The position numbers and the translations under genes are program-made. A DNA stretch of 64,000 bases. Origin: Asterias rubens. Taxonomy: Eukaryota. A model generated the notes under the pieces. The model saw only the letters and a program-made list of their open reading frames with translations. It searched no databases and was not told where the DNA came from. Position 1 is the first letter of the stretch. Every line of letters begins with the position of its first letter. The stretch lies in NCBI RefSeq assembly GCF_902459465.1, contig NC_047075.1, positions 310,001 to 374,000 of the forward strand. Reading direction: 5' to 3'. Shown in pieces: positions 50,491 through 64,000 of this stretch.

Positions 50491-52005
50491 TTCGGCAATA
50501 GTGAGTATATACTTGATGTAACTTTCAGCATTAAATAGAGCCTAGTGGATGAGCAAACCCGAATGGCTTATTCTAACGATTAAACCAATTGAACATCCAC
50601 CCTGGGAGCCATGAATAATAAAGTGGCTCTCTAAACAAGCTAAAGACAGAAGAAAATAATCCCATGTTGTAGAAGTGGTACTAACTGATAAGGGAATGAA
50701 AAATTATCTCACCATTAAGCGAGATACATTATGGTTCGCCTCAGAGGCAAAACCGATATGGAAGTAACTTGGCAGTTAATTCTGATTTCTAACTCCCAAA
50801 TCTGTTTACCAGACATTTTTAGCAAATTTACGAAGAGTATCAAACGTCATGACCCTCATTGGGGTTCAATGTCAGCAATTTTTTTTAAAGTTACCCACTT
50901 TTTAGTGTGTAGAACATGACCAAATTGTTATGATGACTCTTGCTTGCTATTGTTTTAACAAAACAGCGAGATGCACATTGACTCTTGATGTAAGATAGTT
51001 CATAGAGTAATGACAGCAACGACCGGCTTTGTTTAATATAAAAAGCTGTTCAAAACAGCTATACTTTTCAAAGAATGTCTCTGCTGTGCAAAAATAAGCA
51101 GGATACAATTCGCAAATTTAATATAATGTACTTGTGACGCGATATTTTGACTGATATAATCTGGTAGCATAACCATTGAGCTTAGCTACTTCTTTTGCTA
51201 AAACAAGTAGCTCTTTGATTTTTCCGGGGGGGGGGGGGGTTGGGGGACCAAAATGATGAAGTATTTCAATGTGATGTGACCTAGCTGGGGCACGTTGATA
51301 ATTTTCAATATTCTGAGAATTTAGCACAAGTTAAAAAAAACATGTGTTTCGGTGTTCCAAACTGTGTTACAGGAATGTGATTTCATGTAATCAAGCTTCA
51401 TTACAGGGGGCGTTCCCAGTTGGCATATCTCACAGTGGTACAAATCACTACCAACCAGATACAAGTATCTTTAGTTTTATGTGCTGAAAGTATTAAGATT
51501 ATTTTTATCAAAGTTTGGTTGTACAACTCCGAGTAAAGATCAACAAAAAACGTTAGACCTAAAGAGGTAGCGGTTAGAGCCGTTTCTGCTTTCTGCTCTC
51601 GTCACAAAATCTCACGACAACATTTCTTGGCTGTTTGCCGCTTGGACGAGTTGGACTAAGCCATGGATTTGTAGTTAAAGCTGGTCTGTTAGTCGAGGTC
51701 CAATCCAACACTTTAAAGAAAGAGCTTTGACTACTGACTTCTTACTGGTCTTTAAAACCTTTCATGGTGCCGACTTCTTTGGATCGTAACATAGCGTTAA
51801 AGCATAAACCTATGGACGGATTTACGTACTGTTGATGAACTTCTCTTCATCTTACGAATTAAACTTCCAAATCAAAACTGAAAGACTAATAGATTGTATC
51901 GAAGTATTTGCACATTTTTAGATAACAAAATATATTGTGGAATTGAGTTTTGGATTTTGGAAACGAGTCGCCTTTTGTGGATGAAGCTGATTTAGTGACG
52001 TCATA

Positions 52006-55000
52006 ATGGAGCCACTATGGCGCCGGTTCGCCGTTGGATTCACTGTGGCGTTACTGATATCTTGCAGTTGCGGTGAGTAGAATTTAAACTCAAACCGTTT
52101 AGGCTTTTAACATTTCAATTACATTAAAAAACTTAGTGCTGTTTGCAAGTTTTTGTTTAAACCACATTAAACATTACTTCACAGTAAGTAGCACCCTCAA
52201 GTAGGCCAACTAAAGAATTGCTAGCGATTATGTTTTTGTTTTGTTTATTTACAAAATGTTTCACTGTATAAAGTATAGGTCCCGATTTCCATATATACTC
52301 GTTCAGACAATTTGCTGAAATATTTCTCTGCTAAGCAAATCTAAGCAGGAAGCAATATCACAAAGCTACATGTCGTGTGGCATTTTGGCTTGGAATTCTA
52401 AGTTTTAGTTTAGCCGATTTGTCTTTTTTTAGCTATTTTTGGTGCATAGCAGCTCTTTGAATTTTAGGTTGTGGTAAAAGCACAATAAAGTTTGTTTTGG
52501 GAGTAAAAAGAAGGTCACGAACTCAGTTGTATTAAAGGCCTATAAATTACACTAAGAGAAGGTGGTTTGCCCGCTGGTGTTCCTGGCAGTGGCTGCTGAA
52601 TATTATGCCAGGGGCACTTTGTAACAAAAGGTGTTACATATGAGTCTCATAATTTCAAAGAAACTTCAAATACCCATACCGCAAAGCAAAGAGTTGACCC
52701 CATTATCAAAGACCAAAGCTTCAACAATACATTTTTAAAGAAGAAAAACTGTCAAAAAGCTCATTAAAAACGTTAACATTGCTTTCTCAGTTTACCATAA
52801 AGAGAGAGAAAACTTTTAACCGTACGGTTTCCATTAGGCCCTTTCAAGACAGACATTATGCGAATATTAGGCCTAAGGTTTTTCTCTCGCAAAATAGCTG
52901 CTCGCAGTAGACCCCATTTTCCACCAAACTTATGTAATAATTTCCATCTTTATGTAAAGGGAATAAGCCTAAAGTGATTTGTGATTATAGCGAGCCATAA
53001 ATACAACCTTTGAACGTGAAACATCTTAATCCATTTTATCAACAAATAATGATTTCAATCTTATCTAAGTCTAGGTCAGTTGTGATAAGACACCAAAAAA
53101 GGAAAAGAGACCGTACGTCCAGCCAAACTTTATTAACGATAAAAAAATCTGATTGATTTGCAATCTGTTTAAAATAGTTAAGTATTTTTTTAAACGAGAC
53201 CATACAAGCAAAGGCGAATCTTTGGCACACATTGCAGAATACCCCGCACCCCCGAAGTACCTTCGTTTTTTTTCGTTTGTTTTTCTTTCTTTTTTCTTTT
53301 TTTCTTTTTTGGGGGGGGAGGTGTTTTCTTTAATGGATTATTTTTATTCTTATGAAAATGTGTACATGGCCTTGAAGCGGTGGACACTATTGGTAATTAC
53401 TCAAAATAATTATAAGCATTATACTAATAATAATAATGAAAACTTATAAAGCGCACAAATCCACAGAAGTGCTCATGGCGCTAAAACACAAACAATAGCA
53501 TTAATTACTATACAATAACTACAACACAAATTGAAATGTAAACCTAAGTTGAGAGAAATCTAGAACATGTGGTATATAATACAATAATACAAATGCAATT
53601 ATTAAAGAAAAAACATCTTAAAAGGTAAAAAAAATAGCAATAATTAAAACCTTTCTTGGTGACGAGTAATGGGGAGAGGTTGATAGTATAAAACATTGTG
53701 AGAAACGGCCCACTCTGATGTGCCATAGTTTTCGAGAAAGAAGTAATTTTCCACGAATTTGATTTCGAGACCTCATATCAAGAACTTGAGGTCTCGAAAT
53801 CAACCATCCATACGCAAACAACTTCGTATGACAAGGGTGTTTTTTCTTTCATTTAATATAAGTTTGATGACCGATTGAGCTAAAATTTTCACAGGTTTGT
53901 TATTTTATGCATATGTTGAGATACACCAACTGTGAAGGCTAGTCTATGAAAATATTATTACACCCCAAAAAAGTCCCCGGCGGCCCTGCGCACCCTCCCC
54001 CTTCCCCCGCCCCTCCCTCTACCACGGATCGTGTATCATTGCATTGCCCGTCGTGTTTCGAAAAAGCCCATACTCTCTTCTTGCCACTTGGGGGCGCTGT
54101 GCAAAATCTGGGACTCTTTTTGCGTGCTTTTTTAAATCGGTGTCAAAAAAAGTGAAGAAATTACACATTTTGTGTTTGAATTATCTCGTCAAATTGCTAT
54201 CAAATGACATGAACATCAAAGCTAGTCATTTAACATAGATTACTAAAGGTAAGGCGAAGTTTAATGTGGTTTTAAATACATGTTGAGCGTTGCATTTTGA
54301 CTGACAGGCATTGCATTTATTTTGTTCACTTCATGAAGTTCATGGATGATGGAGGATCAGAGAAGAGTAAGGAGAGTTGTCGGGTTGTGTTAACACGTTA
54401 CCGTAACCGAAGACTAAATAGAGTGATAACTTTCCGTATGGCGCCACCACTTTTTCACTCATTTTTACAAAAAGGAATATATCAATCAGGTAAATTAGAT
54501 ACTTAATAATTCTATTTCGAATGAAATAGTGGTGGCGCCATACAGAAACTTTTCCATATCCTATTGTTCTTCTATCTACTAAAATACTATGTAGTATGTA
54601 GGGGAGTGCTACATTACGTTTACTCTTCAAAGCCAAAGTCCCACAACCTTTGCTTTAGAATTAGATCATTCATCATCGAGCTAGCCTGTATCTGTTTTGT
54701 ATTTTGTATTTATATTTTATTTATTTGTCGGTTTCTTTCTTTCCCAGTTCATCATGGAAATTGTCAAGGTTCAATCACTGTGGTACCTCCGGTTTCAAGC
54801 CGTAAGTATTGTTGGTCGGTAAACTAATAAGAGTACAACTGTGAGTGTGAAGTGAAGTTTTTGAAGACCTCATTCTAGTTCTAGAAGTAGTACAGATGGA
54901 AATAGGTTAATGATAGTTTTTTGTTGGGAGTGTATTTAAAAAATATATTTTGTGATAAAACATGAGGAAAACTTACTGGGCAAATTTTACATAATTTCGG

Positions 55001-58000
55001 TTGAACAAATAAAAATTGACTAGAGCAGGACTTGAACATGCAACCTTAGACATAATCACTGAATAATTTCAATAGTTTACTCTACAGACATTGGGCCCAT
55101 GCTCCAATGGATAGCTCCAGAGCCTAAGGTTCCGTAAGTAAATATCCAAAAGTTCTTAACTGGCACCCCGAACAAAGATATTAATAATAACACAAAATAG
55201 GGACACCGCCAACATAGGCTAGATAGCTCAAGTGGTAGAGTGCCGGCACAATAATCTGGAGGTCATTGGTTCCAATCCCACTCTAGTCAATTCTTTGTTC
55301 AACCCTAAAAATAAAACTGATATTTGTATTGGCCGTTTTTCAAATTCAGAGCCGACCGATTGGAATTGTGACTTTGAGCTCGATCTCTGTACGTACACCC
55401 AAGCTCTAGATGACAACTTTGATTGGACTAGGGACTTTGGTGGGACAGCTTCAACCAATACTGGACCCAGTGTGGACCACACAAAGGGAGATGGTAAGAG
55501 AAAGGTTTAGAAACTCAAACGTGTTATCACACCAAGCATGGAAAAATATAGCGCTTCTGCGTCCCATACCCAACAAGGCCGAAAAATTTACGAATTTATC
55601 TTCCAGCCTCATTAAGTCAATGAGGTTAGGTTATAAATGTTTTTGTTTTTAATTTTCCACGCGCAAAGTTTAGAATTTAATTTTTGCATTGACTGTATGC
55701 TGAGCTTGACGCATTGACACACTCACAATACACAGAGTGCAATATAAACACTAGGAGAAGGTTATGGCTTAATATCACACTCCGGTTGGAGCATCTGATT
55801 GGAGGATTAACGCGTACTGAAAAGGCTCCTTGCATAATGATGTCAAAATCTCAAAGAAATAGAACCAGGAGAGTGCTGAGCTCAACCAACCCGTGTGTCG
55901 TGCGTGGACGCGGCTTACCGCACTACGTGACACCCATGTTTGGCTAAATTATCATCAGATGACTCGCACATAGACCGTTTCTACGTGTTATCATTGCCCT
56001 CTCATCTGATAAAGTAGTTGCTACGAAAGCTCATTGTCACAGAAAAATGCAAATGCTTGGAGGTTTATGAATATTCATTCCTTTCCTTCAGAGATATTGC
56101 CTAAATTTATTCAAGTTCTTTTTAACTTTGTGTAAATATTCATGAAGGGCTTGGTGCCAGGACCCAATTGGCCATGGTTGTTTGGGGTCAATATTAATTA
56201 TTTAGTATGCACACTTTTGACCCAGAGGGGATACCCCAACATGAGGAGCAGTGAACCTCAAGTTTAACCTTTCAGCTTATTTGCATAATCTTGGGGGTAA
56301 GTGTATCATAACAAAGGATCAGGGTGTCGGCTCATAGATTGTAGATAGTAGTGTGTGTGTGAAGTATATGAGACAGGATAGTGGGAAGAATTCAGTTGAG
56401 TCTCCAGTGGTGAAGAGTACATGCCATTTTGTTCTGCTGCTCTGCTGTTCTGCTGCTATTTGTACAGATATAGGTACAAGCTGTTCCTTAAAACCCATAA
56501 TATTAAGGGAACATTTTCTGCGAGCCAGATTATATTTTGCAGCCAGATTAAATTTATGCCAGCTGAGTGCGGAGGGTTTGATTTATCCACCCAATATTTA
56601 ACTTTGGCAACAAGGGAGACAAGTTGGACGACCCGATCAACAACCATGGCCTTTATGGGAGTGTGAAGGGCGGGCGCAAGAAGGCGCACCCAAGTGTAAC
56701 TTTCAGCTGTGTTATATGAGCATCCCACCCCTGCATGGAGTGGAAGTGAGACGACGTGAGTCAGATTTGTACGACGAGGGGGAACGTACGCCCACCATCG
56801 TGAGAGAGGATTCGCTGGATGGGCAAGTTTCGAGTATACAGCAGAGAGTGAACTGTGAACAATAGTAATAATTCCCCTCGGCCAAGTAATTTATTGCGAG
56901 TAAAGTGGGCGTCCCAAGGTGTGGGGACAGACGACAAAAGGAAGTCAATGAGGAGACATTTTTGGGAAGTGACAAGCGAGATATTTTGAAGAACGGTGGT
57001 GGGGGATATTCATCCTCAGTTGGGAATTTATTTAACGCATTTAAGTTTGTATTGAGAATACTACTGTGGAAACAAGGTGCTTTTTTTTTCTTTAATTGTA
57101 CAGCCTAAGTGGGGCTTAAGATAATCGTGGGGTTTTACTCGAGCTCGAAGGAGATTTGGGGGTTGTAATTAGTAAATACGCAAGTGTGTATAGATTGATT
57201 GGTGCGGGAGTTGATTTGTTTTATAATAAAGTATAGTACCAATGCAAGAAATTGTCTTTCACGTATTATTTATTGTAGTTTGAATTCGGGAGGCGGATCG
57301 GTTACCCTTTGTTCTGACACTCATGCAGTTTCTTATGTAATTATTTAAATCTTTAAGTACTACCACTACCTTCTTTGTCCTCTCAATGATGAAATTCCAA
57401 GCCTGAAATTTACAATGTCAACCTCATTCTCATTTATCTCATCCCCTTACATTACAGCTACTGGTTTCTACATGTACATTGAGACTTCAAGCCCTCGTGT
57501 TCAGGACGAGGTTGCACGCCTTGAGAGCGGTCTTATACCCAACCCTAACAACCAGATGTGTGTGACGTTCTGGTATCACATGTTTGGAGACCATGTTCAA
57601 GATCTTAATATTTATACCAAGACGTTGAATGGACTCGGAACTGCTAAGTGGACGAGGTCTGGAACTAAGCTTGACCAGTGGTACCAAGGAGATTTTAGTG
57701 TCGTCCCTACCGCTGACTTTCAGGTGAAGATTGATATTTATTGACCCATAAGGCCGTGTCACACGAGGCATTGTAGAGGTAACCAGTTCCAGGTAATCTC
57801 AGAGAAGAGAAGCCATTCATGTTTGAATGATCACATCTTATTCTTGGGGATCGTGTTTGAAATATTACTCATGTGCTTCCAAGGTGGTCCTGTAGCAAAG
57901 AAAAGCGCAAGCCTGAGGAATCCTGGAAACGGGGGTGCTTGTTATGTGAACCTCCAAAACTGGGAGTTAACCATGATAAGTGTTCTGGGTTCTTAACGTC

Positions 58001-61000
58001 CTCTACCTTTCCATGGCCAGGTCTCAGATCTACACTCTGCTGATCTGAAACTAGAGCTTGAGTCCAGTGCTCTTATCCGCTCGACCACAAATGACAAAAA
58101 TTAAAACTTGAAATATTGAAGTTTATAACAGCCCTATATGTTTTTTACTTGTTTTTTTTTCTCAGGTTGTGTTCGAGGGAGTCGTCGGTTCTACGTACCT
58201 GTCAGATATCGCTATTGATGACATCACAGTAACCAATGACGATTGTCCTGGTAGGTTGCATTCAATACTTTGTTTAGATTCGCACTTGATTGGGAAAAAT
58301 GTAAGTCTGTATTTAGACCTTGCAGAGGGCGCCACAGCAAAAGCACAGGGAACCACGACAATATCTGTGGGTGTCGTTCATGCGGTGAGCAATTGACTCG
58401 GGTGCCCTTCCGACGGTGAGAGACATGCGTCCCACCACCACCAATCATCTCTAAAATGATGAGGATATTTGTTACTCGCACCTTGTAAAATACTGCACCT
58501 TCACGACCACACTACATGAGCACCCCTATACCACACCTTGGACAAGCAGTTAGCTTTCTAGGTGGTTATTCATCAAGCATCAAGCCATCGCTAATTTAGG
58601 CCTGCAATCCTGTATAAATTTTTGTCTAAAATGTCATTATTAATAACTGGTACAATTCATTTCTGTTTTTGTGAACAGCGAGAGACTTTTGTGAGTTCCA
58701 GGATTCAGGCATCTGTAACTTCGTCCAGGATGGCACGGATGATTTTGATTGGGTGCAGAACAGTGGATCAACAACATCAGCAAATACTGGACCCTCAGTT
58801 GATGTGTCGTATGGGACTGATTTTGGTAAGGGGCTATTGCAGCTGTCAACGCTCACTGATTCAATATAAACCACAAGGGAAACTGACTGGGTAAATTTTG
58901 AAAGGATTTTTGGGGTTGAACAAAGAATTGACTAGAGTGGGATTCGAACCAACGACCTCCGGCAAGTTAATTCGGAGGTCGTTGGTTCGAATCCCACTCT
59001 AGTCAATTCTTTGTTCAACCCCCATAATCCTCTCACTGATTCTGCAGAAAGTTCCCTGATGTGTAAACCAATCTTTCCATGTTCTGAAAAATCAAGTATT
59101 TTCCTACATTTTTGTAAAGGACCCCTGCATACAATTCCTGTTGCAAGACCGCATAAGACTGTACATGTGTGTACCGTACTTGATGATCACTATGTCAAAC
59201 ACCTAGGCTATATCCCAGCCAAAATGCTTGGGCCACCCATTCCTAACGTTAAATAAAACAATTCCCTGTCCACTCCCTGTTGCCTGTCAATGTTGACTGT
59301 AACGCAGAAGAAGATTGGCAATTGGAACCAACATTGAAAGGGGGTAGGGGGGTTAACGAGATATGGCCGGGATTATAGGTCCAAATTGGGGATACAATTT
59401 GGCTATGGCTGGGTTAACACTTGAACATGCATTGAGCCATAGGATGCCCCTAGTTACAGCAATAGCCGTAGCAGCAGCTACCAATTCGGACACAGGTTTT
59501 TTCTTCTTTTCTCACAAAAATAATAAACCACATAGGAAACTGACTGGGGAAGTTGATATAGTTTGGGTTTAAACACAGACAAAATGACTGGAATGGGACT
59601 TGAACCAAAGACTTCCGAATTAATGCACCCACCCTCTACTGACTGTTGGCGGTCAATATATTTGTTTTCCCCTTTAAAGGGAAGGTACATGTTTGGTAAT
59701 TGCTCAAAACAAATACTAACTTAAAAACTGACTTGGTAACGAACACTGGAGAGCTGTTGATAGTATAAAACATTGTGGGAAACGACTCCCTCTGAAGTAA
59801 CGTAGTTTTTGAGAAAGAGGTAATTTCGCACTAACTAGCTAGAAGTCTTTTATTCCTATCTGAAAGCACACAAATTCGTCCAACAAGGGTGTTAATTTTC
59901 TCGCAACTTCGATGACCAACTGAGCCCAAATTTTCACGGGCTTGTTATTTTATGCTTACGGGATACACCAAATTAGAACACTGGTCTTTGACAATTACCA
60001 AACGTGTACAGTGCCTTTAAGACATGGCCTAACAATAATTGGCTTTCTCTACTTTTTCCCGAAGGCAATTACATGTACATTGAAGCATCTGGACAGTCCG
60101 TAGGGTCAGTTGCTAGACTAATGACCTCTTCAGTGACCCCTAGTCCAGGCATTAGTAGCTACTGTTGGTTCTTCCAGTATCACATGTATGGAGATCAGAT
60201 GGGAACGTTGAATGTTAAGGTAAGTTTGGTCAGTCCATAGGGTCAGTTGCTAGACTATTGACCTCTACAGTGACCCCTGGTCCAGGCATTAGTAGCTACT
60301 GTTGGTTACTCCAATATCACATGTATGGAGATCAGATGGGAACGTTGAATGTTAAGGCAAGTCTGCTGACGAGGGCTAAGTTTCATGTAGAGATGCTTAA
60401 GCAAACAATAGTGCCAGACATTTTTGGTGAGCAGAAGAAAGCAGGATACTAATCACAACAATGTGAACTTTGGCTGATAAACCTATTACTGTTAAGCAAT
60501 ACTTTGCTGTGCTTAGCAAGTTTTTTTCTTGACAGGCTTTATGAATATTGAGGCCTGGGCCCAATTGAATGCAGTTTACTGGCTCAAGGCTAAAACACTG
60601 GCCTTAGGCTGGCAGTCCATGACCCCTGAGTGCACAAGAGTAAACATAAAACTCAGACATGTTCCATCTGCTGTGCCTCCAAACTAGCTTGTCAACTTCC
60701 AGTACCTTAAAAATCGACTCTCCAACTGTATTATATAAGTATGTAAAATGTCTGAACTGATTTGATTTCAGATTGCAAGCACTTCATCCCAGGCAGTCCT
60801 TTGGACTCGTAGTGGTAACCTAGGCAACCTATGGTCAGTGGGTTATGCCAGTGTGACTTCATTGGTGCCGTATCAGCTGGTGTTTGAAGGCATAGTGGGG
60901 ACCGGGGAACGCGGTGATATCGCTATTGATGATGTTGGTTTTACATTAGGAAGATGTTCTTATCAAGGTATGTAACCAGTAGAATTGCGCTTAAATCTTT

Positions 61001-63098
61001 CAAACTTAAATAAAGGTTGGCTTAGTCTATTGATTAAAAGTATTGGTTAAAGACAACTTGTGCAAGACAACTTGTTGCATGGTGTGGCAGAAACAGTTAA
61101 GAGCACCAGACTCAAGCTCTGCTGTTTGAGCAGAGTGTGGGTTTGAGTTTTGGTCGTCGCAACTTGGTTCTACAAAATAGCAGAACATGTTATTTCACGA
61201 AAGAAAGCCGACACAATTTCGTATTGATCATTATACTCTACTTTTTAAACATCTTTCATCTTCTTTTCATATAACAAAGACTTTTATAGCCCAATTCAAC
61301 TGAATATTGTTTTCCAGAGAGTTGTGATTTCGAGTCGGGAACCTGTCTGTGGACAAATGACATCACAGGTGATGTATTTGATTGGCTGCGTCTGAGTGGA
61401 ACGACTGCAAGCACATACACTGGACCCATTGTCGATCATACAACACTCAGTCAAAGCGGTAAGTAAAGTTACATCTCTACCCGACACTAGAGTGCGGTAT
61501 TCACAATCCATCACAATCCGTTGTGGTAACACTATGTTTATATCTTCTTGAAAGGTAGATTATGATCTTTTGAGAACTTTTCTGGATTTATATTTACTAT
61601 CCGTGGAGTAGATTTTTCAGTAGTAGAATATATAGCTAGACAAAAATCTACCTAGCAAGTAGATGCACACATGGTGTTACCGCAAACCAAATAAACATTG
61701 ATAGCTCACCATGCAATGCCTCAAATCCCATATAAAGAAATGAATCAAATTGTTTTTGCTTCTATATGTATGTATCCCCGTCTAGGTTTTTACATGTACA
61801 CAGAAACTAGCTCTCCTAGAGTAGTCGGAGAGAGCGCCATCTTCCGGAGCCCAGAGATTGTTCCTAGCGTCGGTGACGGTCCAATCTGCCTTACCTTCTG
61901 GTATCACATGTTTGGTACCGATATCGGTGAGCTTAGTGTTTCTGTGGTAACAGAGCCATCTACAGCCAATGAAGCAGTCACGTTGAGATGGCTGGTAAGC
62001 GGGCAGAAGAGTACCGATGAATATGACTGGCTGAGTGGGCAGTTTGAGGTGTCTGAGACTCTACCTTTTCAGGTTTGTTGATTATTTAGTAAACTTTCAA
62101 AAAAGGTAATCCAACAAGAATCTCAAACAAGATTCCTTGTGAGTTGGACAATGTTTTCTCAAGAAATATACTTATCTTTGATTTTGACTTGATTTTATAT
62201 TCTTCACCCTAATTCTCTTTCTTACAATTACACAGATGAGAAAACTAGACTAGAAATGTTGTTAGTTATTTCCTTCTTGGATGTTCAGACCATGGGGTGG
62301 AATGGTCTGAAGGCGCCTTATTCACAGTATCTCCTTACTCTGACGAGCAGTCTGTCTGTGGTTACATCGTGCCTCAACAGATATTTGATTTGATTTGTTA
62401 CAGGTTACCTTTGAAGGTATTGTTGGGATAACATATCTCGGAGACATCGCTATTGATGATATTGAACTCATCAGTGGAACCTGTACTAGTAAGTCACTTT
62501 AATATGACTGTTAATTATGAGTTTATCACAGTTATCCATAACCTTGTGGCGTGTAAAGGCCGAGCAGTTAAGAGAACCAGACTTGGTTTGATTTCATAGA
62601 GATACGCTTAAGCTTAAAACTCTGCTCACCAGAATAAGCTTACCAGCCCAAGTACATGTACCATGACCCTTGTCCCCTGTGCTAACTTTTTGCTTAGCAA
62701 CAATTTTGTAGGCAAAATTGACTGCTTATCAGCAGCGCTATAAAATTGGGCCCATGTGTTTTTAATTCATAGAGTATTGGTAGCAGAGACATTCTCTGCA
62801 CTGTCAGATTTCGCTCACTAAAAACATGAAAAATGTCCACCTAATTATACCATTGACACGTTTTTAAATTGATAAGTTTTTCTTCTTTTATTTATAAAAT
62901 TTCTTGAAATTTCTGTTGCCATTTTAGCACAACCGAGTGCAGCAGATCCTTTCCTCTATGTCAACAACTGCACATGTGACTTTGAATCCCTCTTGTGTTC
63001 ATGGACTCAAGATACAGCGGATGTATTTGATTGGACGTTAACAACAACCTCCACTCCCTCAGCGGGGACTGGACCAACATCAGAACACAACGCTGCTG
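52006..63098 (+). CDS. Multi-MAM-domain secreted/membrane protein (MALRD1/apical endosomal glycoprotein-like), 5' part; continues beyond the window
   Basis: Twelve in-phase exons: 52006-52072 (signal peptide [22 protein letters not shown]), 54748-54801, 55350-55493, 57458-57723, 58166-58250, 58679-58825, 60065-60219, 60772-60967, 61318-61458, 61786-62072, 62404-62488, 62928-63098. These give three complete MAM domains and the start of a fourth (C.FE...C...Q...D.FDW...G.T.S..TGP..DH, G.YMY.E.S, FWYHM.G, V.FEG.VG....DIAIDD). Confidence 0.93.
55219..55310 (+). mobile_element. tRNA-derived SINE (second family)
   Basis: tagctcaagtggtagag (box A) ... ggttccaatcccactctagtcaattctttgttcaaccc; the same tail appears at 58912-59022 and reversed at about 55010-55045 and 59560-59640. 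Confidence 0.75.
59674..60020. mobile_element. TTAA-flanked non-autonomous DNA transposon copy ending 45 bp before a MAM exon
   Basis: ttaaagggaaggtacatgtttggtaatt ... aattaccaaacgtgtacagtgcctttaa; the interior is homologous to the other copies. Confidence 0.75.
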
Positions 63099-63497
63099 GT
63101 AAGTATTGTTTACCTCGTTGAATATCACCATAGCAACTGCACAAGAAGACCTCCTGCATAGGCAACCAATGTAGAAGTCGACCAATGGAAACGTGTACGT
63201 GTGTACACTCCACGCACAGTGCTTTGCCAATGATAGGTGTTCATTTGACTCAGTGAGTGCGCTATGTGCAAGGGTCTGTAGGAAAATGAAGTAAATGTTT
63301 GCACCTAACAAGCTTTGCAAAATCCCCTCCCTTTACACTTTTTGTCAGTATCTCAATTGTCTGCTACAGTTATGGCTATGACTGTTGCTAAGCATGTCCT
63401 ATAACTTGATGCATGATGACACGACCATCTAGCCATTGCCGTAGCTGTAGCCGCTAATTCGGATTCAGCCTTAATACGCCATCATTTAGACCACTTA

Positions 63498-64000
63498 GTT
63501 GATGACAAATTGATTGTTTTACTGAGTCGTTACTAAGCCTGTTTTCTACTCGTAGTTGATGACAAATTGATTGTTTTACTGAGTCGTTACTAAGCCTGTT
63601 TTGTACTCGTAGTTGATGACAAATTTATTGTTTTACTGAGTCGTTTCTAAGCCTGTTTTCTACTCGTAGTTGATGACAAATTGATTGTTTTACTGAGTCG
63701 TTACTAAGCCTGTTTTCTACTCGTAGTTGATGACAAATTTATTGTTTTACTGAGTCGTTTCTAAGCCTGTTTTCTACTCGTAGTTGATGACAAATTTATT
63801 GTTTTACTGAGTCGTTTCTAAGCCTGTTTTCTACTCGTAGTTGATGACAAATTGATTGTTTTACTGAGTCGTTACTAAGCCTGTTTTCTACTCGTAGTTG
63901 ATGACAAATGGGTTGTTTTACTGAGTCGTTACTAAGCCTGTTTTCTACTCGTAGTTGATGACAAATTGATTGTTTTACTGAGTTGTTACTAAGCCTGTTT
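63498..64000. repeat. 57-bp tandem array, about 9 copies, running off the window edge
   Basis: Unit gttgatgacaaattgattgttttactgagtcgttactaagcctgttttctactcgta; starts at 63498, 63555 and so on. Confidence 0.95.

Overview
AT-rich, intron-rich animal genomic DNA. The repeat landscape suggests an invertebrate deuterostome, most likely an echinoderm such as a sea star; this is inference. By assembling exons by hand (GT-AG boundaries, consistent phases) I find six protein-coding genes: an N-acylated adenylate-kinase-like gene (-, two exons found, 3' part missing), RIC3 (-, 6 exons, 341 aa), BORA (-, 8 exons, 566 aa), an unrecognised secreted Arg/Pro repeat protein (+, 2 coding exons, 321 aa), a p24-gamma/TMED5-like gene (-, 5 exons, 233 aa) and a multi-MAM-domain secreted or membrane protein (+, 12 exons, runs off the right edge). 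Introns and intergenic DNA are packed with non-autonomous DNA transposons (TTAA-flanked, CWG-flanked and foldback MITEs), tRNA-derived SINEs, LINE tails and seven tandem arrays. The best candidate for something undescribed is the TATA-driven secreted protein at 35389-36495. It has a signal peptide, an acidic pro-region, three blocks of exactly eight RPEGSRPP octamers, an RGD motif and a possible amidated C-terminal peptide. Secondary oddities are a non-canonical kinase P-loop, satellites seeded from one MITE end, a foldback element at the RIC3 start, a perfect SINE palindrome, partial exon duplications and an identical 158-bp duplicate. No prokaryotic-type system (CRISPR etc.) is present. No database searches were run.
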